DNA of 64,000 nt from Hyphochytrium catenoides (lineage: Eukaryota > Protista > Hyphochytriomycota), in the NCBI GenBank assembly GCA_900088475.1, contig FLMG01003321.1, positions 32,160-96,159 on the forward strand. The letters run 5' to 3'. Of this stretch, positions 52,430 through 63,400 are shown in pieces. Made by a program: the position numbers and the translations under genes. The notes under the pieces are model-generated. The model was not told the DNA's origin. It was given only the letters and a program-made list of their open reading frames with translations, and ran no database searches. Every line of letters begins with the position of its first letter. Within the stretch, counting starts at the first letter, position 1.

Positions 52430-53584
52430 TTAAGCCTCGAGCTTCACTTCGTCCTTCTTGCAAGGTGTCTGGATGCCCTGGTAGTACTGACAGTCGAGCT
52501 CTGGAGAGTTAGATGGAGAGCTAGCGAGATGTTTTTCCGCGAAAAAGCTCTTATGGAGGCGCAGTTTCTTGCGGTAGTAGATTGCGCCAAAGGCTACAGC
52601 TCCAATACCTCCCAGAACCAGGAGAATGACGCCTATCCACTCCAGAGCACTGAGAGCTGAGCTCTCCGTAGCGTAGCTGAAAGACAGAGCATCTGCGTCG
52701 TCACATTTAGCAGAAGTCTGAGAGACTGCATCGCTGCCAAGGATATCGGCACGAGCAGGCTTGGAGGAAAGGAAAGAGTCAACCATACACTTGCAGATTC
52801 CAGTGGTTTTGTCTATATTTTCGCCATTGAACTTCATTGAACGTGCCATAATGCAGCCAGAAACATACACTTCTGCGTTGTCCTTCTTCCACCCATCATC
52901 GGCGGCACAAGCGGCGCCAAGACGGACTAAAGCCATGTCTCCGTTATCAGTATACATGTCGGCGCTCTTGGAATAGTAGTTCTCTGCTTCCTTGGTAATG
53001 CAAGCGCAGTGCGTCATCGCAGCACTGCCAGCAGCAACCTCATTCTTCATGTACTTCTGCGTGGACATACACTCATGCTGGAGAGCCTCCTTCTCACTTG
53101 CCAGCCACTTGGCAGACGTTGGCTCCTCTGAGACCCTTAGAATAATGTCCTTTAGCTCAGAGTCAGACTGAGCATCCACCATGGTGCTGTTCGGATAGCT
53201 CCCCTTCAGCTCCTCCATCAGCGAAAGACAGATACGATTAGCATCAGTAGCTGCAGAAGCGCTAGGCTTCTTATCGATGTAGCGTCGCACACAGTGAGAG
53301 ACAAAGTCTTTCTGTGCGCCTTCTTCCCAGTGACTGCGGGCAGCACATATCTCATAAGGTCGAAGCTGTAGCGAGAAACTCCCGGCGGTAAAGTGTTCAT
53401 AGGTTGGATTATTAAGCTTCACGTCAGAGATAACGCACTCGCAGAACTGTGTGGAATTGGTGGAGGCAGCTTGCTGGCTGCAGACGCCCTGCAGTGCTGT
53501 AAGATCTTCATTTGACCACTCAAATGCTGCAGATGCGGGAGAGAGCAGCAGAGCTGCGAGACAAAGGAACATATTGAGAGCCAT
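52430..53584 (-). CDS. Intronless type I membrane protein (384 aa) with four Cys-rich helical ectodomain repeats
   Basis: The first ATG is at 53584. Signal peptide MALNMFLCLAALLLSPASA; 4 x W-x11-C..C-x-C repeats; TM WIGVILLVLGGIGAVAFGAIYY followed by RKK; cytosolic tail with YQGI. Confidence 0.88.
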   Translation of the reverse strand: MALNMFLCLAALLLSPASAAFEWSNEDLTALQGVCSQQAASTNSTQFCECVISDVKLNNPTYEHFTAGSFSLQLRPYEICAARSHWEEGAQKDFVSHCVRRYIDKKPSASAATDANRICLSLMEELKGSYPNSTMVDAQSDSELKDIILRVSEEPTSAKWLASEKEALQHECMSTQKYMKNEVAAGSAAMTHCACITKEAENYYSKSADMYTDNGDMALVRLGAACAADDGWKKDNAEVYVSGCIMARSMKFNGENIDKTTGICKCMVDSFLSSKPARADILGSDAVSQTSAKCDDADALSFSYATESSALSALEWIGVILLVLGGIGAVAFGAIYYRKKLRLHKSFFAEKHLASSPSNSPELDCQYYQGIQTPCKKDEVKLEA

Positions 53585-53989
53585 CTTTCTCCTTCCAGGC
53601 ACAATCAGATGCCCACTTGATCCAGAGACAAAGGAGGTCGCTTAAGCTTCTGTACCCCGCGTGTTCTCACGTGGCATGAAGCATTTACTGTCAGGCAAAT
53701 GGACAAGTGAAGATCTGTAGGTGGAGGATTGGCCAGAGAGAGACATTGGAAGCTGAGGTTAGCGGCGCGGCAACAGTTTCCTTGTCTCTCCCATCACTCT
53801 TTCCATAGCTTCACCGAGAGAAGAAGGAGAGGGAAGTTGACATTTCTCCTAGTTCTACGCATGTAACAAATAAGATGTGGTGACACATCTAGACACTCTG
53901 CTCAAGAGATATTCCTACTGGTAGTACAACCCCATACACTACCGACAGAAGGACCAAAAAATTACGAGACAGAGTGAGCAATAAAAAAA

Positions 53990-54054
53990 AGAGAGAGAGA
54001 GAGAGAGTGGAAGAGAGAGAGAGAGAGAGGAGAAGAGAGAAAAGAGAGAGAGAC
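53990..54054. repeat. Interrupted (GA)n microsatellite
   Basis: agagagagagagagagtggaagagagagagagagagaggagaagagaga... Confidence 0.9.
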
Positions 54055-57000
54055 AGTTGCCCAAAATTGTCTCTCCGTCAGTAGTTCCCTTCCTCTATCC
54101 TAGAACATAGTACTGTAGGAGGCAGAGTATCTACCGGTGGCAGCAGCACAACCTACTCTGTCTCTCCCTCTTCGGCACGCTAATTGACATCTCCCGTCCA
54201 CTCTTCCTGTTGAATTCGTTCCCAATTGATTGGTGATTAAACAGTCATATCAATTCTCCCATCGTCTCTCACTTCTTACTCTGTCTCATCCCTTTAGCCG
54301 CTCTGACTCTATAGTTCTTTGCTTGACGCTGTGCCTGCCATTTCTTTCGCCAGCGTCACCTCATCCACTCGCATAGTGAGAGAGGGAGCAGAGGAGACTG
54401 ACCTCAGAGGTGACAAGAGAGACAGCCGCAGCGATGGAGGTTAATCCTCGGATAGAACCAGCTAAACAGTAGTAGCAGGACTATGTTTGGTATAGATATT
54501 GATTTTACGCTGGACTCAGGGGGGTTTATCTTCGGTTTGGACGGACAAACGATGGTGTTGATGACAATTTCCTACCACGACAATCTTTCTTGAATTCTTC
54601 CGAAAGGGAAATCTATCATAAGTCCTAACAGTAGCACTGGAAGGTTTCTGCGTTAGGTTGAGTGAAATCTACATCCATGCTAATGATGGCCGAGTATAAC
54701 CAAGAGTCACCTATATTACGCTGGCGATAGTGGAAACATGGGTCATTCTTGGCCAAAGGTGACCTGACACACGTCGACGAGGTGGGGCATTATGATCTTC
54801 TTAGAGATAGTATATAACCCTACGAGAGATAGCTCTCAAAAAATGTGGCGACGGGTGTACAGGCCTACAGAGCTTGCGATGGAACCTGCTCTATGGACCC
54901 ACCCATCTAATGGTCTAGATATTAGTACGAAGTATAGCCTAACACATGCCCAGTCTGTGACACCCACCCACCTCCTCTGTGACTGGCGTGCCTGCATACG
55001 ACTTCTGCATAAGAATGTCTGGCGCGGTTTGTCTCGACTGGGAGATGTGCTGTCTGTTTTTTAAGGGAGAACTATAGGATTGTGGGAGTGGAGATTACGT
55101 TCGTCATAATCTACTCCTTACCGATACCAAAGATACTACTGTTTTACTCCTTTAGCTAGAACTTCTACAGTGCTGTTCTATGAAGTAGTGTACCTGTAGT
55201 TCTACATATTGGTACACAGGGCAGAGCTGGCTTGGGTCTTCCTTGGGAGAGGAACCCAGCACGGGGCTCCTTCGATAGACACAGAAACGTTGTTCGATGC
55301 ATCAGCATCATCCTTTTTTAAAAACTTGAACCCCTAGCAATCACATAGTATTGATTATAATACAGTAATGGTGTACAATGAAGCAGTCACTCTGTACTGT
55401 ATGTGTTATATCTACTACCTGTGTGATGGCTTGGCTACCCATGCGTCCCTGCATCAGTGAAACTTGTTTGGAAATAATCATGATGAAGATAGAAGAAGTA
55501 GAAGAAGGCGAAGAAAAGAAGAGACCAAAGCTGCTACAAAGTCCTGTGTTTCTTCAACTTTCTTCTCTCTAAAATTAATATCATCATAACCAGAAAGGAC
55601 GAGACATAGTCGATTTCCTAAGCAACGATTATAGGAGAAGGAAGACAGGAAGAAGAGGCAGAAAGACCGTCATCGCTCTCGACCAGACAAGGAAGAGAAG
55701 AAGGAAATGACTGCCGAAGAGGAAAACACTTCGGACACTTTTTACATGAATGGCATTATAATTCCAAGGGAAACGAGTATGAAGACGTAGGAAATAAAGC
55801 TGTTATATTGTAAGTCGAGCCCAACAGTGTCCACGCCGAGAAATGATGTGCGGGAGGAAGCCTAATATAGCTGGTGAGGGTCACGTGGCTGTTTGTTGAC
55901 GTTACTAATGGCGGTAGTGGCAGAGACTTAGGATGATAGTTTATGATCATGCGTGCTGCTTTTCTTACTCTCCTACTTGTTCTTCCCAAACGTTATCGCT
56001 CGATCGTTAAAGATCTTAGCGCTCGCTGATCCTTCTCAACGTTTAGCTGGGGAATAGTTTGGGAGTACAAACTCAGTGGTGCGTCGTCTCTTCCTGTAGA
56101 TGATCAAACGTGTCATCTTTCTCTCTCGTAGGATCCGTCTTCCTTCTCTTCTCTTTATCTCTAATTTCTTGTTCCCTTCTTCGTGTCTTCATTTCTTCGC
56201 TCCTCTTTCTATTTCTATTCTTTCATGTTATTTCTCTTTTTTCCTCCATTCACACGCATCCCAACTGTTTACATCAGCAACATGGTAATGGGTGGGAGTA
56301 GAACAGAGTAATAGATTTGTTAAAGAAAGAAGGAGAAGAAGTGCGAGTGAGAGTGAATGAGAATGTTGTCACTATGATCGCTGCTTCCACTTTTATAACT
56401 GTAAGACTCAATGATGACAGAGACGGCGGCGACCAGCGCCGTCCTTCACCCGACAGTATTGGCCACAATACTGCGACTATCGGCAGCAGCAACAGTTGCT
56501 GGGACCAATAACATTTCTTTACGAAGAAGTGATAGACGGCTTAGGGCGGCGAGATGCCGGGTTTAAGTGGTGTCTTCTTCTTTCATCAAGGAAAACAACG
56601 GAGGGAGGAAGAGAGCCTCTTCAGAGGGGAGAACCTTCTTCCAGAATGGACCAGAAGGAACCCATAATAATATCAACAAAGGAATGCCGAAAAGTCTATG
56701 TTACCAAGAGGCGCTGCAGACTTTTCAGCATTCCTTTGTTGATAGTATTATGGCTTGATGATAATAGGTCACAATCTTGATAAATGATTGCATGCTGACG
56801 ATTCGAGAGGAGGCAGATATTGATAATTGATTTGGAACTACCTCTGGTACTATGCTCTCAAGAGCAGCTCATCAGTGCTAGGTATGAGTTATTATCTGAC
56901 CATCTTTTAATCACAACTTATGTGTGCTGATCAAGGATTGAGGTATGCTGCTGTGCCAAGCATCATCACAAGCGCCCTGCTGCAGCCCAGCCAAAGGGAC

Positions 57001-58740
57001 CGGCTCCTGCTTGAGAAGCACTTACTGGTACAATTCAAACGTGAGGAGATGCAGCGGTATCTGTCAGGTTTGTTGTCGATTCATCACTACCTTATAGTTT
57101 CGTTCAGCCCTGACACTCTTCAGCTTGTCCAGCAGTATGAAGAGGACGAAGAAGCAGTGTAGTACTCGACTTCCTTAAGGTTCATCAGCAAGGCGCCGCT
57201 ACTGCATGCTAGAAAAGGAGGAAGGGGTTGCTATATATGGGAGTCTCCAGGACTGCATGCCTCCCTTGCTGATCAGCAGCAGACATGTCCTTCACTTCTC
57301 TTCACCAGCAAGTATCATCGTGACAACTCCAAAACAAACTGAAAGCCATCATTTGATAATGCCACCCACGGCACCGCATAGAGAAGAAGGGAGTACAGCA
57401 GTGTAGTATGGCTTCACTGGCTTCTTTGCTGCTGACTGCAGCGGCTGCCATTCTAGTGATTCGCGGTGGGCTCTCTCAGCTCTCAGGTAGCTTTGTGAGA
57501 AGATAAATGGGTGAGATGCAAGGACATATACTAACGACTTACTATGATCATACTGACAGCCCCTCCATTTATGCAGTACAATTTAGTCTTTCCTTACGTC
57601 TCTCCAACCATCACCAGGTCTTCTGCATGACCCCTTCCTCCTACCTTTCATCAGCGTAGGCTACAAGCTCTAATATAAGGCGTACAAGCGCCCCTTGCCA
57701 GTCCACTAGTAGAGGTCATCAGCAGTCAACCGAGCAACGACGAGGTCCCTCCGTCGTCACCTCCGTTGCTGCCAATATTATTGCTATAGAACTATTGCAG
57801 CCGATCCAATGAAATGAACAATGCCGAGCAACGATAACCCTGATGGAAAGGTTGGCAGCAACAACGACAGCCCTCACAGTCTCATAGCCATTATGTTACG
57901 TTTTAAAGTTGAAAAAGGGTAGCTGAACTAGGGACTAACGGAGCAGGGGAGAAAAGGTTCTTCCCTCACATCCTTTATCACTTCAAGACTATTGTCCTGA
58001 CAAAGTCGTTATTGGACCATTCGTCCTCTTCCTTTCTCTCTCTTTGGTGCGCAGGAAAGGCAGAAATCGCTAGAAAACAGCGAAGAACGAAGGAGCTGCC
58101 CTCACAGCTAGAAACCACGGTCCAGAGTTCAAGTGGTCGTTCTTATGTTCTTATGGTTCTGCCACTGCTACCCAATCCGACCACTGTCGAGCATTCTTCA
58201 TCCATTCGCGCAGTCCTAAGAAGTCCTAAGAGGTTATTCAAGCAGAAGAAGTGTATTCTATTTTTTTGACGTAGATGGAGACGATGGAAGCTCCCGCAGG
58301 AACTACTGTCAAACTCCACTCAACAGGAGCCATCGAGCTGACCGTCATTGTCAAGAGCTTGTACGGGCCACTTATACGACGTTTCTATAGAAGCTCTTCT
58401 GTCGGCCTGTCTCACTCCCAGTCTAGGTACCGGACGATGGTCACACATCTTGGGCTACGTAGAACTACCCAGTGGCCTTACCTTCAACCATTGTCCTCCC
58501 GCCACCTGACAACGACTTTTTGGTGTCTCTCTTGTCGTCATGGCCACAAAGAGAAAACGTATAAGAACTTCAAGTGCTGTTCCATCTCTCTAGAAACCTT
58601 ACCCTTGCTTCTCCTCGAATAACATATGGATGAGACAGCAGTTAGTTCTATCCCTGGAAAAAGAAAACTGGGTTGTTTGACATATAAACTATAAGAAATA
58701 AAGTGAGGGGAGAGATGATACGAGGAAAGAGCAATGTTCT

Positions 58741-59028
58741 CAGAACCTGGACTTGGTAGTGGAAGAGATCTTGGACGTCTTGACCAAGAAGCTTGTAGGG
58801 ACGATGGCTTTCGCTACCAAGTAGGTGACGAGGGACGACCGGGCTAAGAACAAACAGGAGGCACTCGACGAACGAGGTTGCCTCTCATCATTTAACCTCT
58901 TGTCGGAGAATGATTTCGGAGCTTGACGATGGAAACCAATGACCAAATGAGGAAGGAGGAAGACTGCATATGTGTTACATGCAGCCCTGACTGAGGGTGA
59001 CTACTACGCATGAGAGTACGCTGAATGA
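58741..59028 (+). pseudogene. Possible decayed Ser/Thr protein kinase N-lobe fragment
   Basis: KKLVGTMAFATK*VTRDDRAKNKQEALDERGCL resembles subdomains II-III (AxK..E), and VLHAALTEGDYYA*EYAE* resembles subdomains IV-V. In-frame stops are present. Recognised by eye only. Confidence 0.3.
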
Positions 59029-59767
59029 CGGACGTCGACAAGGAAGCGCCAACAAGGCGCCCTTGCCCCTGTTCCGTGCAACGGCATAGGTAATGAGACC
59101 GTCCATCTCTTTGTTTTTATAGAATAAAAAGTGCCGGCCATTTGACAACTTCAACAGACACTTTGCCGTCAACAGAGCCAAGGGTACCTTTTGAGCAGTA
59201 CCTGCCCCATCTTCGAACAACGCTGTTCTTCATCAGGCGGACTCCTCATACTTCTCTCATCATGAGGGAGCTCATGTAAAACTGGCATGGGCACTGCCTG
59301 TACTACTGGTACCTAAGACTCGTCGTCACGTCCTACACGTTCTGGTGGTGGCTGCAGAACGACATGTGGGCATAGCGACGGAGATGAGGACGGCGGTGCA
59401 TCACGTTCCTTCCACGCAGGAATAAAGAAACGCCCCATTCTATCCTTCTCCTACTACCCAGGTGGCGTCGTTACTATCTTCCTTTCTGCCTCCGGCGGCA
59501 TGACTCTTACTCGTCCTCTTCGAGAAGTGCGACCCACAAGCGCCATATGTGTTGTCCTCTCGTTTCCATCAACACCTTCAATTGCTATAGAAGTGAGCAC
59601 CACAGCCAGTTGCCAGGAAAGCTGCTGCGTTGCAGATGCTCTCCTTCTTCATCCATGGCTATCGGCCAACTCTCTCACTCATCAACTTTCCAAACAACGG
59701 CAACAGCTAACCAGCGAACAAGACTAACGACCCCAGCAATATCCTCCACCATCACCCTCAACATAAA

Positions 59768-60178
59768 ATGAAGTTCTTCGGAGTCATCGTCGCAGCCACC
59801 GCCCTCCTTTGCGCGGCAACCACCGCCGAGGCTTCACCCCTTCGTGGCCTGGCAGTCTCATGCGATGCTAAGGCCCCCATCAAAGACAACTGCAATGGCT
59901 CTATCAGGAAGCTAAATGCTGACGAATCAACGGCGGGCTGCGACAAGATGTTTGAAGTACCTGCTTTCTCCGCAAAGTATTGCCTGAGCTGCAAAGGCCT
60001 AGAATATAAGGCCCTCCTTGATGACCCCAACACCTGCTACGTTTACTGCGGAGACCTCCCAGTCTGTGGCAAGATCGAGAACTCCATTCTGAACACGGTC
60101 CTGACCCCTACCCAGGGCAAATGCATCATTGAGACTAGCGATGCTGGCGGTGATGTGGCCAAGTGCCTTTTTGGTTAA
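59768..60178 (+). CDS. Small secreted cysteine-rich protein (136 aa, 10 Cys in the mature part), intronless
   Basis: Signal peptide MKFFGVIVAATALLCAATTAEA followed by SPLRGL. Start context caacataaaATG; C/G-ending codon bias; clean TAA. Confidence 0.88.
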   Translation: MKFFGVIVAATALLCAATTAEASPLRGLAVSCDAKAPIKDNCNGSIRKLNADESTAGCDKMFEVPAFSAKYCLSCKGLEYKALLDDPNTCYVYCGDLPVCGKIENSILNTVLTPTQGKCIIETSDAGGDVAKCLFG

Positions 60179-60456
60179 GCTTCTCGCTATCTATTTTTAA
60201 AAATTATCCCTTCGAGAGAGCAGATCACAGTTCTCAGTAGACCTGTACGAGAGGCTGTCGATGGGCACAGTGGCTCCCTCTCCAACCACCTAACTTAAGC
60301 TCTCTGAGGAAAGAGAGACGCTCGTTCTCACGCTGGCGAGCTACTTTTCACCTTCATCAACTAATAATATTATTCTTTAATTGGCATCCTTGCATAGTCT
60401 GATTCACAAGCGTTACTACTCTTGTATTGGGGAGATGAGGTATCACAATGGTCTGT

Positions 60457-63400
60457 CTATTCGTGTTGCTCTGTAGGGTTCTCATGGTTCACTGCTCCTT
60501 CCCCGGTATGCGCCTGTTCAGCTGTAGGTTGTTGCACCTCTCCTCCGGCCGAGATGTCAGAAGGTGCAATATCCTCCCTTCTTCCGTCTTCATCCCTGAT
60601 CTCTTCCCCGCCATTGCTGGTTGCGTTGTCTGTCCTCGCTACCCCGGGCGATGAACAAGCAGTTGGACTTTCTACCACCACCACTAGATTGTTCTGCTCA
60701 TTTACAGCTTCAGCTGCGGAGACGCCTACCGAGACTTCGATAGACGAGGGCCTGCTAAAGTTCATCAGGCTTCTTTGCTTTAAGTTCCAGAATGGTTTTT
60801 TCTTTTCCTTGTCTTGATGAGGGCCTGCTGCAGACGGGCCCGGTCCGCCTCTAGCTGTCTCTTCACTTGCCGGGGCCGCCTCCTCCCGGGTCTGGGTAGG
60901 CCTTGGCGCAGTCCGTGGATCCTCTACCAGCACTTCAATATCCTGTTCGTCGTACTGAAGCTCCGAGGCGGTTGACGTGGCCCCTGCAGAGCGTCTTCTA
61001 AACGAAGTGTTCCGTCCCGCTGCCATTGTCATCCGCCTGAAGGGCTTGCCCAGCTTGGACGTGAATCCCCGTCCTCCGTCAAGTTCCTGAGGAGGTGCGC
61101 CTTTTCGAGGAGCTCTTAGCCCTTGGACACTCTTTTCTTCTTCTCTAACAGACGCTTCGTCACCCCCAATACCAAGGCTCGCCCAGAATGAGCTTGTTCT
61201 TGCCTTTCTACCTCTTCGCCCACTTTGCTTGAGGGAAGGATTAGATGCAGAGTTCTCTCTCTTTGGAGGCTTGACAAACGCAGCGTCATCTGCGGCTTCT
61301 GCTACTCGGGCTAGAACGAGAGAGGAGAGAAGAGAGGGACGGTGCTCCTCGGAGACAGTCAGGCTTGAAAGTGAGACATTATCAGAGAGGAGCTCAGACT
61401 CGTCAGCTCTCTGTAGCAGCAACGTCGTGAGCCTGCTCAGGCCATGGCAAGGAGAAGGGCTAGCCATACTTTTGCAAGACAACTCTCGTGTGGCCTGAGT
61501 CTTTGTCTCCTCCTCTTCATCGGCCTTTGTTGACGTCATGGCAGACCCGCGCTTGCCCGGTTTCGGCAAAGACTTGCAGGAGGCCCCGAGACTGTCTATC
61601 TCTTTCTTATCTTTAAGGCTGGTCATCTCTGCAAAGTATCCGTTCGCTTTAAGGAGCTCGTCGTAGGTTCCGCTCTCAGCCAGTGTCCCAGACTTTAGCA
61701 CAAAGACCTTGTCAGCATTTAAGGTGGTCTGGAGGCGGTGCGTGATGGAGACGATGGTCATGCCATACTCCCTCTTTAAACGAGAGAAGGTCTGGACCAC
61801 AGCGTGCTCTGTCTCTGGGTCAAGAGCGCTTGTTGCCTGTTGTCGACACAGAAGCGTAGAGGAACGTTATAATCAAAAGGCTGAAGACTCCCTAGGACAC
61901 AAGGATGGAAAGGCAAGATACCGCTTAACTGTCGCGAGATAGGGAAAGCAACATCTGTGCGATCGACCGTTAAGGCCAAAGAGGCAAGCAGGAAGGTTGA
62001 GCGGAGAGAGACACTGACCTCGTCCAGGAACAATAGTTTAGGTTGACGACAAAGGGCACGAGCAAGGCAGATTCTTTGTGCTTGGCCTCCAGAGAGAGAG
62101 GAGGTGGCGTGCTGGCCGACGACAGTGTCGTACTTCTCTTTGAGCGTCATGATGAAGTCATGGCACTCTGCAGCCTGAGCAGCCGCCATACACTCCTCAT
62201 CGGACGCCTCCAGGTTCCCATAGCGAATGTTATCCATTATGGAACCGTTCAGGAGGCGCACACTCTGGAAGACGACGCCTATCTGGCGGAAATAAGATGA
62301 CGGTGAAAAGTTCTTGATGTCTTTCCCATCCATTGTGATGGCGCCCTCTTGTGCCTCTTCAAAGCCGAGAAGGAGGTTAAGAACAGTAGTCTTCCCACCT
62401 CCGGAAGCGCCAACGATACAGTTGTAGGTTCCCTAAGAGTCATCAATGCATGACGCAGGAGAGAGAAATGCACAGCGGGGATGAAGGCAACGTTAGAGAC
62501 AGAAACTAATGAGACGAGAGAGACAGAGAAAGAGAGGCAGACAAAGGAGTAGTAGCACGCGCCGGGCACCCGTTCGTAAGACCACCATGAATGCGACATA
62601 TTAGATGAGATCTTGGGCAGCCTACTATAAGCTTTTAGAAAGGTGGAGAGAGAGGTGCCTAATAGAGGGAGACATAAGAAGAGGAAACAAAGGCCAAGCA
62701 AACCTTGGCAAACTCCAGCCATAGACCCTTCAGAGTCTCTTCCGGGGAGTTTGGATATCTAAAGCGGATATTCTTCAGGGCAAAGCTCTCAGCCATCGGC
62801 GGAAGGTCCGGAAGCTTTCTTCTTGCTTCTTCGGAGTCCTGGAATGAAGACGACGGCGTAGATGGGGTCGCTCTTCTGCAGAGAAAATATCTTCGTACGA
62901 AAGATTTAGCACGTCGTTTGCCTTCATTCTCCGTCCTCAGTTGGTGCTTGCCCGCGGCTGCGAGTCCTCTCCCTTCTTCACTCCCGTCGTCACTGTGAGA
63001 GCTGGTGGTTATTGATGTCTCCTGCTTCTCCGACTCCTCTGGCTTCTCTCCTTTGACATCGTCGTCTTTGCTTGAGCCAGAGGCTCCTCCTGCACCTGGA
63101 TCAGAAGAAGAAGAGGAAAAGGTCACCACATTCTTTGTCTCTTCCAGAGCTCTGTCGAGGCGCTCCAAGCTGCCCGCATAGAAGATAGCCGAGCGCATAA
63201 AGCGGCCCAGGTTAGTGACAGGGTTGGCTAGGTTCTGATAGAGCGCAATCAGCCCCGCAAACTCTCCAACAGACATTGTGCTCTTTCCCCCGTCCTCCTT
63301 TGACACAAAGATCATATAAGCTGTCGCTGCAATCTGAAAGACAACATAAGCGAAGACAAGGCTTGACACGTAGGCCTGCAGTACACTCGCCCATGTCTGA

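Noticed and set aside
59768-60178. Elicitin or RxLR effector assignment
   Set aside because: It has ten Cys rather than the six-Cys elicitin spacing, and neither an RxLR nor a dEER motif.
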